Source: Octopus sinensis (lineage: Eukaryota). Taken from it: a stretch of 64,000 nt of DNA. The notes under the pieces are model-generated. The model did no database searches and was not told where the DNA came from. It saw only the letters and a program-made list of their open reading frames with translations. Positions 39,591 to 53,790 of the stretch are shown in pieces. The translations under genes and the position numbers were made by a program. Within the stretch, counting starts at the first letter, position 1; each line of letters opens with the position of its first letter. The DNA lies in contig NC_043001.1 of assembly GCF_006345805.1 (NCBI RefSeq), positions 43,028,001-43,092,000 of the forward strand, written 5' to 3'.

Positions 39591-40427
39591 CATTGCTAAT
39601 TAGATCAACTAGATAACAGAAGTTGTTAGGGAGCTTTTCAAGCATTTCAAAGTAAACAGTATAATAAAATAATGGTTACTCTACTTGTATATCTCAGACA
39701 TGCAGTATGGTATGATAATCAACAGTTACTATATTCATATACATATACACATGACAACACTACTGTTCATAAATTACATGCAAATGAAATCATCCTATTC
39801 TCTGTAAATACTTGGTTTCACTGTTTCTAATGATATTTTTTAGTGGTCACGTAGCTAAGATTGCATCATAACAACAAGCTTCTTTTTCAGAGCCAGAAAA
39901 TATTTAATTCCATTCAGCTACTGATCTTATACAAGACAATGTTTGTCACATACTGGAGTACTGCTAATGCATATTTGCCTTCTTATATGTGCTTAGCTAT
40001 ATTTAACATTTCATCTAGCTGCTGATGATGACTATCCTTTTCTCTTAACTGAACCCTTAAGTAAGAAGGTTCTTTCTTAACCCCTAAGGCCCACAGGTGG
40101 TATACTCACCCAGCTAACCTTATTCTGGGAAAATAAGTTTTTTTGATATTTAGCTACACAATGTAGGACAGTAAGTTGTCATTTTAACTACCAATACAGC
40201 CACCATCTACGTATGTTATAGAACACAATGTTGGCAGAACTTCAAGAAAGTTGTAGAGAAAAATATAACAGTATTGTAAAATATCATATAATGTACTAAT
40301 AAGGAAATTTTTGATCTATTCATAAGAGATTAGAAAGGCAAAAACATGCATTACATTTTATATGTTATGCCCAATGGACAGAAAAATATTAATGGGATAA
40401 AAGATATTCATAAGTCAAGGATTTTAC

Positions 40428-41075
40428 ATCATCATCATCATCGTTTAAAGTCTGTTCTCCATGCTAGCATGGGTTGGACGGTTCGACCGGGGATCTGGGA
40501 AGCCAGAAGGCTGCACCAGGCTCCAGTCTTATCTGGCAGTGTTTCTACAGCTGGATGCCCTTCCTAACGCCAACCACTCCGTGAGTGTAGTAGGTGCTTT
40601 TTACGTGCCACCTGCACAGGTGCCAGGCGAGGCTGGCAACGGCCACAGTCGGATTGGTGTATTTTATGTGCCACCGGCACGGAAGCCAGACGAGGCGGTG
40701 CTGGCATCGGCCACGAGTCGGATGGTGCTTTTTACGTACCACCAGACCAGGGATCCTGGCTGGTTCAATTCGATTTCGATTTCGCTTGCCCCAACATGTC
40801 TTCGCAAGCAAGAGGGTTGGCATGGGTGCCTGTCGTACGGTCAGATTGGTGTATTTTACGTGCCACCGGCACGGAAGCCAGTGGAGGCGGCGCTGGCATC
40901 GGCCACGAGTCGGATAGTGCTTTTTACGTACCACCAGACCAGGGAACCTGGCTGGTTCAATTCGATTTCGCTTGCCCCAACATGTCTTCGCAAGCAAGGG
41001 GGTTGGCATGGGTGCCTGTCGTATGGTCAGATTGGTGTATTTTACGTGCCACTGGCACGGGAGCCAGTGGCGGTA
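40428..41075 (-). mobile_element. RTE 3' UTR fragment with internal tandem duplication of about 180 bp
   Basis: (CAT)n plus RTE tail; block 40655-40865 is repeated at 40840-41060. Confidence 0.85.
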
Positions 41076-44000
41076 GTAATTAGGATACAGACACAATAGT
41101 GGTACCTATAGTCAAAGGAGCTCTTAAAATTATTCAAAAAGAAATGGATAACAAAATATTGATCCTTATAAAGCATTCCTCATGTTAAGAATTCCAGTAC
41201 TTACATCTTTATACAGATTTTGCCCAAAGCAGAAAAGACAATCAGTTTAAAGTAAACTAGACCTAGAATACACTCAAACACACACACAAAAACTAACGGT
41301 ATCTGTGTATTTTGTATTAAGGCAGCCGATACCTTCAATTGCCTTAACAATACTGTATGTCAGAGAAAAAATTTGCACTTTGTCTGAAAGATTATTCCAT
41401 ATTGTTAGATATTATAATCAAGAAACTAATGTTGAAATGAGTATTAAGCCCAAAATCTGTAAAAGAGAAGCAAATATAAATAGCAGACATTAACCAAGCA
41501 TATTCAATAAACCCAACCAAGCAGTTAATGAAGGAAATAAAATTGGAATATCAAAAACAGACTTATATTTAATTAATTTTACAGATGACTTAATCAAATA
41601 AGGAAAAAAATAATAATAGATGTTATGAGATGCAATCTTAAGAAAATAGATTGTGATTAAGCATTCCAGCATTAGAAACATGGTATCATACAAAAGTCAA
41701 CATGATAGATTTTTAAAATTAAATTGACTCAACCACATTTGCTATTTTGAACACTATAGAGTAAGGGGGTATAGTTTAAGATAAATTGAAACATTGAGAG
41801 GAGATTTTTCTTTATCAATGGGATTTTCTTGAAAGAATTTTTGACCTCAGCATGCAAATGTAATAACAGTAACAATAGAAACTATAAAATTATTTGTCTA
41901 ACAATAATTTAATTACCTAACTATAATATAATTTTGAGAAACACCAGGATATTTCAAACTGGCACAGAATAGTCTGCCTGCAACAGAAAATTGACCAATT
42001 AAAATTGAGTTGATCAATTTGCAGATAGAAAACACTAATAAATGATAAGATAAAAATGGAATACTCTTGCTTGAATAAACTGAAAAGAGAAAAGACAGGT
42101 TGAGAAGTCCTTTCTCCACCAGAAGTTGAATAATATCAAACTAAAAAATGATTATGTAAAATCTTTTAAACTCCTAAATAATTTGCTTTGTGCAGAGTAA
42201 AACAAATTCAGATATTTATTTTATATCACTTCTAATATTTTAGTTAAAGAAAGAAGTGTAGTCTCCCATGATATTTTTTATGCTCATCAAGAGTGGCAGC
42301 AGGGAGGAAGTTATTCATCCTTAGATAGCAGAGCAGCTAACTGGACTCCACTAAAAGCACTCAAGACCATGAGATGGAGTTAAGCTAAATAATAGATTAA
42401 GTTTAAAGAATTATCATGACATATATGAATCTCTCTTATCATATAATATTAAAAAATTGCTATTTGATGTATTGTGTTTTGAGAACCCTCAGCTTTTAGA
42501 AATACTGTTTCCTAAAAACACTGGATTTCTCTGGTTGTACAAAGACAAGACTGTGAAATATGTATAAGAAATTCAATGCCTGTGACTTAAATGCAGAATA
42601 TAGTGACTGGAGAAGAATGAGATGATTATGACCCATAAGATACGTAATATTGGTTTCATATTTTGGCACAAAGCCAATTTCATGGGAGAGGTAAGTCAAC
42701 TGCATCAATCCCAGTGCTCAACTGGTACTCATTTTTTCAACTTCAAACGGATGAAAGGTAAAGTCAACCTTGGCAGACTTTGAGCTTAGAACATGAAGAC
42801 AGACAAAATACCACTAATCATTTTGCCCAGCATGCTAACAATTCTGCTAGCCCACCTCCTTAATTGAATGTGTAATATTAACTTGAAAAAGCAGGTGACT
42901 ATTAAAGATATTACCTGATGTATACAAGATAAGTGTCTGTCCCTGTCAAATTTGTTAATACTTAGTGAATGAAATGTTATTGTTTAGCCCCAGTTTAACT
43001 CTGATCAAGGTACCTATCATCAAAAGCATTTCGGCCATAATCAATCAATCTTTTTAGCGGTATACAGAGGGACCATATTATCTAATGTGGCTTTACTTTT
43101 TTTCTTTTTTTTTTTTCAGTAATAGGGCATGATTTGGGGGTGATTTCTTGCAGTTTGCACTGTATAGGTTTCTTTGTTGACATCATGAATTGGTATGAGA
43201 AAGTACTCAGTATATAACAGTGCATCAAAGAAGACTTGAAATAAGATTATGGACATGATACATAAATTAGTAAACAACTTTGCTTTTCCTTCTCTATTAT
43301 TGTTATATCTGGTCTATTATTTTGTAGCTTCTTATCCATTTGAATAGGAAAATCCCATAAAATCTTGCATTTCTTTGGCTCAATATGTGGAAATTTTATC
43401 TGGTATATTACATCCTAATTCAATCAGTTATACTTGAAGAGAAAGAAACAAAGCAAAAAATTATTCTTATTGAATGCTAAGTTGTGTAACAGTACTTACC
43501 CACTCTTTGTTATCAGAGAGAGGGAGAGAGAGAAAAAGAAAGAATCAGAGGCAGAGAAGCAAAGAAGGCAGTATTATTCATGTTTTCTTATCTCAGTTTA
43601 GTCAAAATACATATTTCTGTGCAAAACATGTAATTTTGTAAATAATGAAAGATAATAATGATGATAACAATATATCAGCATTTTATTTTGCTTTCCTACT
43701 TGCTCAGCATTAGTTCCAACAAGTATTACAATCATTTTCTACTCCTTCAATCTCCTTTTTTAATATGTATTAAAATATTTTATGCATTAAAATACTTAAT
43801 ATGCATTAAAATATTTGCGATTAAATAATCGGAATGTATTGGGTATCGCTTTTTAAAATTATTTAGTATGTTTTTTTTTGTTCTGTTTGTTTTGAAATAA
43901 ATACTTGTAAAACATTATTGAAGGGATTTATATCATAAATTGCTGCACATGTTTAAGAAACTACTTTTGAGGCAGGGGAATGTTCATTTAAAATTAGTTT

Positions 44001-45303
44001 TGAAATGTCAGATTAGCAAAATTGATAACATTTCCAAATACAGAAATATATATTTTTTTTTATTTAAGTTATTAAATGCTAGCAACAACTAATCCCAAAA
44101 TTCCAGTCTTCAGTGATATAATAGTGTTAATCATCATCATAACATCCACTTTTCCATGGGTGAGACAGAATTTGTTGAGACAGATTTTCTACAGCTAGAT
44201 GTTCATCCTGTTTCCAAGCATAGTAATATTTCCCTGTGGCTAGACATGTTTTCATGGAAGGCTGGAAATGAAGGACACCACTTATATGACAGTGACAATC
44301 ATTTTCAACTATTACACAATATTAAGATAAGGGTATGCACACCACACACACACACACACACACATGGTGGGTTTCTTTCAGTTTCTGTCTATCAAATCCA
44401 CTCAAAACTTTGGTTGATCCAGGTCTGTAGCAGAAGACATTGCCCAAGGTGCCATGTAATGAGACTGAACCTGAAACCATGTCTTTTGTGAAACAAACTT
44501 CTTAACCACACAGCCATGCTTGTACTTAACAACAACAACAATAATAATGATTTCAAATTTTGGCACAAAACCAGCAATTGCAGGAGAGGGGTAAGTCAAT
44601 CACATTGACCCCAGTGTTCAACTGATACTTATTTTATTGGCCCCAATAGGATGAAAGGCAAAGTTGACCTCAGCAGAATTTGAACTCAGAATGTAAAGAC
44701 AGACAAAATGCTGCTAAGCATTTCACCCAGTGTGCTACTGATTCTGCCAGCTCACCACCTTCACAACAACAATAATAGTTATAATATATGAGTGTTCATA
44801 TATATATTTTCTAATCTTAAGAATGTCTTTTTATAAAATTATTCTGTTTTAACTGCTACAACTGCAGTTTGCACCATTTCTTGTGAGTGTTTGGTTTTTA
44901 CAGTATTAATAATGTAACACTGTACATGATATTGATATGAAACTACATAAGTAAAGATATCTCAACATGCTGGAGAATTCAATTTCATGAATGGAAGGAT
45001 TGCAAACTGAAGCATATCTTTACAAATTATCATGATCTATTATTAATAATGAAGTATATGCACAATATCCTTATCAAGAGAAAATAAAAGTTAATCATCT
45101 AAAACAATTGAGGATTTGTTTCCAAATTAATATGTAGATCTGAGATTAGCTACAATGAAAATCTATTGCACAGATGTGTATTTTAGTTAATGCAATTTAC
45201 TTTTAGTTACTAAATGTGTTAACACTAGAAACACCAATTATTTTTAGTATCTCTTTTGGTCTTTCTAAGTTGTGTGCAGATTTCAGAAAAACTGCTGCCC
45301 GAC

Positions 45304-45621
45304 ATGCTAAAAAGCTAAAACAATCATGTATATAGCATGGACTAATTCCTGCACTCTACAAATTTTGCTCCTAAGTAGGTTAAATGATGGTGAAAGAATT
45401 GATGGATCTTTAAAAAAGATTAGTAATTGTTTATTCAAATATGAATAGGCTATTATTTGGTGTATAGTCTTCTTCATAAAAAAAAAGGAAGAAAAATATC
45501 ATTTAGTAAACTGCAGGAAGTCACTATCAAATGAGAAACTGAGTTCTTACTTAGGAGCAAAATTTGTAGAGTGCAGGAATTAGTCCATGCTATATACATG
45601 ATTGTTTTAGCCTTTTAGCAT
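45304..45621. repeat. 74-bp near-perfect inverted repeat (45304-45377 vs 45548-45621)
   Basis: One mismatch seen; 170-bp spacer. The right arm overlaps the first approximately 11 bp of the adjacent MITE. Confidence 0.9.
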
Positions 45622-46029
45622 TTAAACCAGTCATATGTGGCCAAATATTCTACCTACCTATTTTTATGTTCAAAGTGGCCAGATCTGGCCACTTACACCT
45701 ACCTTACAATGTCATTCTAAAAATACACAATCACATCATTGAAATCTCACAGCATTGAAATCAATGCACAATTAATTCAAAACAATGTAAATAGATAAGC
45801 AATATATTTATCAGAGTAATCTAAATACTAAAGGGTTAAGATATTTAGTTGCATAAACATAAACAAAGGGAATTGCTTTCCACCAAAAATTTAAACCTCT
45901 TCACAAACTCAGTCCTTACTTCTGAATTTCACCTCTTGCATTGTAGTGTTGAAAATATCACATATGCTTCATAAACATTAATTTCTTATATTTGAAATGC
46001 AAAATACCACTTTCCTTTCAATTGATGAA

Positions 46030-46800
46030 ATTAATTGCAAGACATTAGTGTTAGCTAATCAACTAATAATTGCAAACCACTAGCTAACTATTAATTACAC
46101 AATGCACTAATCAACTATTTACAACAAAACACTAGTATCAAGTAATTGACCATTAATTACAAGACACTAATATCAACTACTGTACCTTCAAATACAAAAT
46201 ACAAGTGTTAGCTAATCAGTTATTAATTACGAAATAATTATATCAGTTAGTTAACTATTAATTACAAAACACTAGTGGTTGCTAGTCAAATATTAATAGC
46301 AAAATACTATTGTCATATAATCAACCATTAATCACAAAATACTACTGTCAGCTAATCAACCATTAATTACAAACAATTAGTCAATTATTAATGACAGAAT
46401 GTTTGTGACAGATAGTCAACCTTTAATTCTCAAATGCTAGTATCAGCTAGGTAATTGTTAATTACAAGATGCTAGTAAGGCAGTGAGCTGGCAGAAGCAT
46501 TAGCACACCAGGCAAAATGCTTAGTGACTTTTTTTTTCTGTCTCTATGTCCTGAGTTCAAATTCCGCCAAGGTCAACTCCACTTTTCATACTTTTGGAGT
46601 TGATAAAATAGGTACCAGTCATATACTGGGACTGATATAGTTGATTTACCTCTTCCCAGAAACTGCTAGCCTTGTACCAAAATTTGAAACCAATTACAAA
46701 ATACTAGTATCATCTATAAGCCATTAATTTACAAAATACTAGTGTCTGCTAGTCATTAAATACTAAGCATTAATTTCTAAACACTAGCATCAGCTTTCAA
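46030..46800. repeat. Degenerate 35-bp minisatellite interrupted by a SINE B copy (46476-46692)
   Basis: ATTAAT unit starts at 46257, 46292, 46327 and 46362 (35-bp spacing); consensus roughly attaattacaaaatactagtgtcagctaatcaacc. Confidence 0.85.
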
Positions 46801-49154
46801 TCAATCTTTGAGGTGATATGCAAAATGAATACTAACATTGTTAAAAATCAATAAATATGGCATGATTTGAATGAAAGAATTGATGGTACTAGAAGTTGTA
46901 TTACAAACAAAATTTCATATTATATTCCTTGGGTGAGAGCTGCAGCTTTCCAAGGACTCAGTTTATCTAACTGAAATCGGTACCATAATATTACAAGGAA
47001 TCTACTCTTTATATCTTTCTCACTGGGACAGGAGTAACAAAGACTTCCAGTTACTGTGACTGAAAGTCTCATGTCTCTTCTTCATTCTTCTCAATTCATA
47101 TGCTGTGTGTACTGCTCTATGAACTCTAACCACCAACAGTTATTTGACAATCTCTCATCCTAAAATACGAACACCTAATGTCAATATACACTTTTAGTTC
47201 TTGTATTCCCCTTACATGGACATTATTGGAAGAGAGTTTGAGATATTTACTATCTTGAACAACATTCCTTGGGTGTTGCCAATGTGGGAGTCTTTAAGAG
47301 GCCACTCAACTTTCTAAAAAGGGCAGTTAAATCTCCTTCAGATCACACCTTATTGTTTTTAAAAAAGGGAATGGTGGATAATTTGATCCTGAGTTCCCTA
47401 CACATAGTAAAAGACAAGTTGATTACAGCTGGAATGCCTTTGATCATAGGTCTGCTCAATCAGGATTAACTTGTGGGTTAAACAATGTCAGCAATGCAAC
47501 TGCATTTTCTCTTGTCCCAGCTTGTTAGAGGGTACAAGAGAACAGGATTATTTAGCAGTAGCCACTGATAAATACAAGAAGGGCCTTTATTCACGAAGAA
47601 CATCTAAATTCCTTATATGTTGGCAGGCTCTTCTTCAGCCACTGATTTCCAGCTAGGTTACATACAGAGATTGAGATAATTTCATCCTCCCCTTTCCTCA
47701 CAGGTCTCTGACAAATTTCTCTTGAAATACAGTTGACCATTCTCTTACTCCAAACCCAATCACAGTCTCTTCCTTCCATAAAATCTAACCACTGCCTAAT
47801 AAAAGCATTTCATTCTACAACTGCATATTTTTAACCCTTGGGTGAGAGCGTCAGCTTTCCAATGGTTCAATCTATCTAACTGAAATAGATACCATAAGAT
47901 TTCAATCTATTTCACATTTTCTACCCATCAAAATCCCTATTAGTTAAACAGTAAATTGATAAAAAAATGTAACACATCTATGCTGACTATCCCATTCTTT
48001 ATCCCTGACTTATCTGTGAGAGCCATTCTTTCTTGAAATATTTCTCTATATATTTTATGTAACCAAAGCTTGAAATTTCAAATCATAGATGTCCTGCATC
48101 TAAGAATATTACCAATGGGATCTGGGAGAAATCATCCACTATCCTCAGCAAGTATGTATTTATGCGCCACTGTACCATATGAGCATCATCAAAGCAAAAA
48201 ATGTTACTGTGCATCACAGAGCATGTAAACATGCTCACCTTGTTTATGCAATTAACTTACCTGTCATTCTTCAACCAAGATAGCTCTGAAAGCAGTTATT
48301 TTTACCAACAAAGCTGCTTTGTTTCCATTTCTACTCAGCTCACACAAAAGTCACCTCTCAAACTCACTGTCTCTCAATTTTACTTGCTCATATCCACTTT
48401 ACCTAGATAAGTATACATATCATAGAAAGACAAAATAGACTAAGCAAAACAAGAGGAGGCACGTGGGATAAAGAGGCACTGAAGAGGTCACAGGATGTGT
48501 GATGAAAAAGCTTTGATAAAGAAACAAAAATAATAATAATAAAGTTGGAGTAAAGACCAAACATATAATGTATGTGGTTGGTTGGTTGGTTGGTTGGTAA
48601 AATATGACTATTCCCAAATATAACAATATCTGTTTCAACACACAATTTCACATCAAGTCTCTTGCAAAACAAATACATAAATGTAATATTTTATTTTCAT
48701 ATTTCACTTTTTGTTTCAATTTTCCTTTACTTTATAACTTTATATTTTCATCACTGTTGTTTCATCTCTTTTTTAATCTTTCTGTCATGCATAGATTTCA
48801 ACTTTACTTATGTCTCACTCCTCTTTCTGTTTCATATCCTTCCGTCTTTGATTTTCTTTATGTTTCTTGTCAACTTGAATTTTCTATTTGCTTGATTATC
48901 ATTCATCTTGTCTTTCATCTCTACCCAGTCATTGTCATTTAACTTTCTTCTCTTCTCATTAGTTTTCCCTTGGCAGTTTTATATCATATGTACTCTAATT
49001 GTAAATCAAGTGGAAAATGTACTGATATACCAAAAGTAGATCATAGTAGCAAAGAAGATACCTGCCCAAGATGCTATACAATGGGACTAAATCCAAAACC
49101 AGGCAGTTGTGAAGGGAACTTCTTAAACACTCAGTCATGCCTGCTGCTTTTTAT

Positions 49155-50040
49155 CTAGTATGAGCAGAGGCACCCAGCATTGCCCAGGAATGAAATTTTT
49201 CTTTATATATTGGGGTGGGGGAAGCAAAATATGTTGTATAGAAAATTGTATTCTAAATTCAATTTATTCTTCAATTAGGATACAATTTATTCTTTAGTTG
49301 GGAAATCAATTCTGAATTCATAATATAAAATAATAATAATAATAATAATGATAAACAAAAATACAAAATTTACCACTTTTATGAAGGGAGATATATTCTA
49401 CCACATATGTTGAAGGAAATTATGTAAGAGCTTCTGGGTAAACAACATTCTTTATTTTCTGGTTTGGAGCATAGACAAATAAGTGTTGCAAACTACCTTC
49501 CCTGGAGCAACCAACATAAAGTTGACCATGAGAAAAGCAAGCCAGTAGATTTCAAAGACTGACCTAGAGCTTTATTAATACACATTGCAAAGCAAAGTCG
49601 CACTGGAAATTATGTTCATTTGAACTTAAATGGCATGTCTGTTGGTTTGATTGGGATTCTTGGAATGAAAACTTCTTCCCTAGAGACACATCCAGTAATG
49701 ACGGTAGCTTCTAGCTCAGTAGATGATAATGTCTTCACAATCAACCTTGTCCCATTGCTTAATTTAGGAGGATCTAAATTTCTTAGAAGCATTATTGGGA
49801 CTCCTACTTTCAGAAAAAGTTTGTGAGTTCCAGGTGGCTCAAGAGAATTAAGGAACTCTGTTGGGTAATGGACAGCTTGATTTTCATCAAGGACTGAATC
49901 AACTGATTTGTACTTCTTAATGATTGTTGGAATCTTGTTAATTAATTCATGGTTGATCCTTGCTACTGTCTCATTTTTTGGAGTAAGAAATGCACTTTCA
50001 CACAAACATTTAAGTGAATTATAAAACAAGATACAGTTGC
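49155..50040 (-). mobile_element. Helitron 3' part: PIF1-like helicase C-terminus, 3' hairpin and CTAG end
   Basis: AFLTPKNETVARIN..YPTEFLNSLEPPGTHKLFLKVGVPIMLLRNLDPPKLSNGTRLIVKTL..EEVFIPRIP..PFKFK..FPVRLCFAMCINKALGQSL. The terminus has a hairpin-like cctgggcaatgctggg and CTAG at 49158-49155. Confidence 0.9.
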
Positions 50041-50049
50041 TGTATCTTT

Positions 50050-50260
50050 TTTGTTGCCTTACCTTGAAGAGAAACTATCTACTACCTCAAGAGAGCCTCT
50101 TGGGCATTTGAGAGTGTTTAAGTCCCTCATGCTCTTAGTACTTACTGTTCTTGTGCATCTGCCACACATGAAAGCAACCGTATCTGATAATCTACCCAAG
50201 ATTCCATTGCATCTCTTATGCACCCATAGGTTACATGTGTGTGTTTGAGTTATTTGAGAC
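50050..50260 (-). mobile_element. RTE ORF2 internal fragment
   Basis: CNLWVHKRCNGILGRLSDTVAFMCGRCT..LEVVDSF, homologous to 58860-58970. Confidence 0.8.
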
Positions 50261-53038
50261 AAGATTTTATAGTCAGATACTCAGTTTTTTTTTTTTTTTG
50301 TGGGTAAGGGACTTGACTGAAAAACAGGTCTTTTGAAAGTGCAAATAATGACAAGGGATGCCAACATCACTGTTTCACCAAAGTGGTGACAGGTGTACTC
50401 ATAAAGGTGCATATATATGTATGTGTATGCATATGTGTGTGTGCTTGTAGTATGGCTGAATAGTCAAGAATTTCACTTCACAACTGCAAATTCCTGCATT
50501 CAGTCACACTACATAGCATCTTGGGTAAATGTCATTTCCTATAGCTTCTGGTCAACACATCTAGTGAGTGTAATTGGGTAGATAGAAACTGTTAGCCCAC
50601 CAGTTAAATTCTATCCATAAATCAAAAGATACACACTTTACACACTATGCACTGTGTCATGCTTATTTTACTTGTTATGTTAAGGGTACATGTATCTGGA
50701 ATACTCAGCCACTTGTACATTAGTTCAAGAGTAGGTTATTCAGTTCACAAAATAACTGAATTATCATCCTCATACAATGTAGCTCCACCAATATGTGTAT
50801 GTATATACTCTAATATTTGAAATTGTATGTGTCTCAACATCTGGTTGTTTTGTGTTGCATAACTGTCTTAATCTATTTCTCATAATTCATCTGTTTATTA
50901 TAGTTTTGACTAAATCAACAAATAATTCCAGCAAGGCTTCAAACAGTTTGATACTTTTAATACTTGCCAGAATTGTATTCTTTCACTTGATATTCATAAG
51001 TAAAATGAAATAAAACGCCAACAAGTCTTAGTTTTGTTCAAGAGCAGCAGATGATGTTTGGAAAACAATGTTTGCTGTAAAAAATCATATGCTGTGCTTA
51101 TTATTCAGAATCTTTAGAAAATTACTTAAGCTTTATCTCATACAAACTAATCACATTACAATCTTTAAACAAGTCTAAATGCTAAAGATTGCCTATAAGA
51201 AAGAATACTGTTTATGTTGGTTTATGCTTTTTTTTCTGTTGTATTTTACATCATACAACAGATGCTTAGCAACTCTGCCATTTTCATAAAGGAATGTTTC
51301 ATAAGCTCTCAATACTTCACTCTAATAATTTTGGCTCAGAATCTGTTGTTTACACTTTTCTGACCCTAAATGTGCCAACATGACTAAATGTACTACTATA
51401 AAACCAATTTTTAATAATTTTTATCTCTGATTCTCAACTGGTAGAATAAATAACATTCCTAACTTTCTAGGAAAGTATTACAAATACTGATTGCTTTCAA
51501 GTTTTGTTTTATTCTTTTTTTGTATATTTTTTAATGACAAATGGGGAATCCATTTAATCCAACTGATTAGCTATATTTAGCATTAATATCAAGCCTGTCT
51601 CATTTTGAGCATCATTTTATGCATTTTACTTTATATCTCATAAAAATTCAGTCAATTTATTTTGAAAATATATTACTAAATTGATGTTTACTTTGAGTGA
51701 TGATTCAATATATTATTTAATCAGTATATTTTGTGCCAAAAATGAAACTGACTAATAATTTCTTTTCATTAGATACAAGATAAATTCTGAAACAAATAAC
51801 CTTTTGAACATGGTATAATTTAGTTACATATTTTATTCTTTTTTATTTTTTATTTGTTTCAATCATTAGACTGTGACCATGCTGGAGCAGTACTTTCTTT
51901 CTAATCTTGATACTTATTTTAATCAGTCTTATTTTGCCAAACTGCTAAGTTATGAAAACATAAACAAACCAAAACCATTTATAAAGCAATGATGGGGACA
52001 AACACAAAGACACACACACACATATTCAATGGGCTTCTTTCAGTTTCCATCTAGCAAATCCACTTACAAAGCCTTGGTGTTACACAGTGGACTGCACCTG
52101 GAACCATGTGGTTGAGAAATAAGCTTCTTATCAAACAGGTATGCCTGCACCTATAAACTAACAAGAAAAAAAAATTGAAGTCATTTTCAATAAAATTTCA
52201 ATTCAAAGAATATAAGACTGATTCAGCTCAGCACATCCCTGGTAATTTTTCTTTTATCAACACAAATGGGATATAAGACAAAGTATTGAGTGGCATTTGA
52301 GCTCAAAACATAAGAAACTAAACTAAAACTAACTGGTACTCTATTATTTTTAAATTAAAAAATGATAACCATAATACTTAACTGATAGATTGAAATATGA
52401 AATCAGCTCCACTAAAATCCATGTAATTCTAAACTAAATACTGCAAAGAATTTTGTCCAACATTACTTATTCTACTATTTACTGAACTAAATTTTTAAAT
52501 AAATGATAAAACATCTTGCTTATTAAAAAGTTTCAAGCTTTTGCAGTGTGTTAAAGCTTTTATTAGCTCCAATCTATCTCAGAGTTTGGTTACATTGAAC
52601 ACATTCTTACCTTTGAATGTTAATGACTTCACAATTATTTTTAATTACACTGGCACTTCTAAACATATGATACCATTCTTCATTCAACTATTCAAGTACA
52701 GGTATTATTTATGCTACACAATCTAAACAATTCATGCCATAATTGCACCACTTCATTGAACAGACTTCAAAAATATCCTGTATTGAGGACTCCCTCATTC
52801 CTTTGCATGAACAGCACATGGCTAATATCTCAGATTTCTAATAAATGCTAGGCCTCGTAATTTCTGATGTTCAAGCTCACACACATGCATGAACACATAT
52901 GTGTGCATGTACACACACACACACACACACACAACATTATCAGTACTGCAGTCTTAAGACAAGTTTTTTTCTTCAGGACCAGCAAATATCCCATAAATAA
53001 TGTGGGACTTTTATACTTCTTTTATTTTTCAAGATTAA

Positions 53039-53259
53039 CCCTTTCGTTACCGTATTTATTTTGAGATGCTCTGTGTTTCTTTCAATTATTTTAAATATAA
53101 CAAAGAATTTAGTAAAATAACATTGTTATCATTAAGCTAGTGTTCGGAACATAAATTGTGACTAAGATTTGGTGGAAGATTTGAATTCAGAACTTATGAA
53201 AACAAGACATTTATACTAAAGAGCCAGAGCCGGTTTCAGCCGGGTTGGTAACGAAAGGG
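53039..53259. mobile_element. piggyBac-like MITE
   Basis: Perfect 13-bp TIR ccctttcgttacc/ggtaacgaaaggg flanked by TTAA at 53035-38 and 53260-63. Confidence 0.88.
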
Positions 53260-53289
53260 TTAAGATAAACAAAGTTCTTTTTCAATCTA

Positions 53290-53790
53290 AAATATACTCT
53301 CCTTCATTTTCTACAATACTCTTCTGGTGGCATGCAGGTGTTAATGAATGGTTGAATGACCAAATCCGAGCTTCTCTGCTGGTTCTTCAACAGTTACAAT
53401 GGGATTTTGTTTCATCAGGTTTTGCAGGACAAATTCACTGAGCTCTACAGATCTTCCAGGACAATGCTTGTCTTCTAGGCTGTAGTTTCCAGCTTGGAAT
53501 TTCTGGAACCACCATTGACACTGGCTTACACTTATTGTCTGATCCCCATATGCTGCATTAATATTCCTCACACTTTCCATTGCATTATTACCTTTATTGA
53601 ACTCATAAAGCAAAATATGCTGAATATACTCCTTTGTCACTTCCATTACAACTTTGAAAAACTAACTGTTAAAATCAAACTGCACTCTTCAAAACTTGTG
53701 CTAAGAATAAGCACAAGGTAAAATTATTACTGGTTTTATAGCAAGTTGATGCAGGTAGTTTATCCTGTTCCCCTCCAACTTTTAGTTCAT
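53290..53790 (-). mobile_element. Mariner (Tc1/mariner) 5' fragment with transposase HTH N-terminus
   Basis: MEVTKEYIQHILLYEFNKGNNAMESVRNINAAYGDQTISVSQCQWWFQKFQAGNYSLEDKHCPGRSVEL..EKLGFGHSTIH is a typical mariner N-terminus; the 5' leader is shared with 29520-29665. Confidence 0.88.

Noticed and set aside
40461-41099. 212-aa and 183-aa GC-rich overlapping ORFs; similar ORFs at 15343-16134
   Set aside because: They lie wholly in tandemly duplicated RTE 3' UTR modules; open frames on both strands are by-products.
41089-41160. TIVVPIVKGALKIIQKEM
   Set aside because: It is a short remnant resembling the C-terminus of RLE-type non-LTR elements, not a host gene.
46030-46800. CRISPR-like appearance of the regularly spaced 35-bp and 44-bp arrays
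   Set aside because: The units are contiguous and degenerate with no constant repeat plus unique spacer, the context is eukaryotic, and there are no cas genes.
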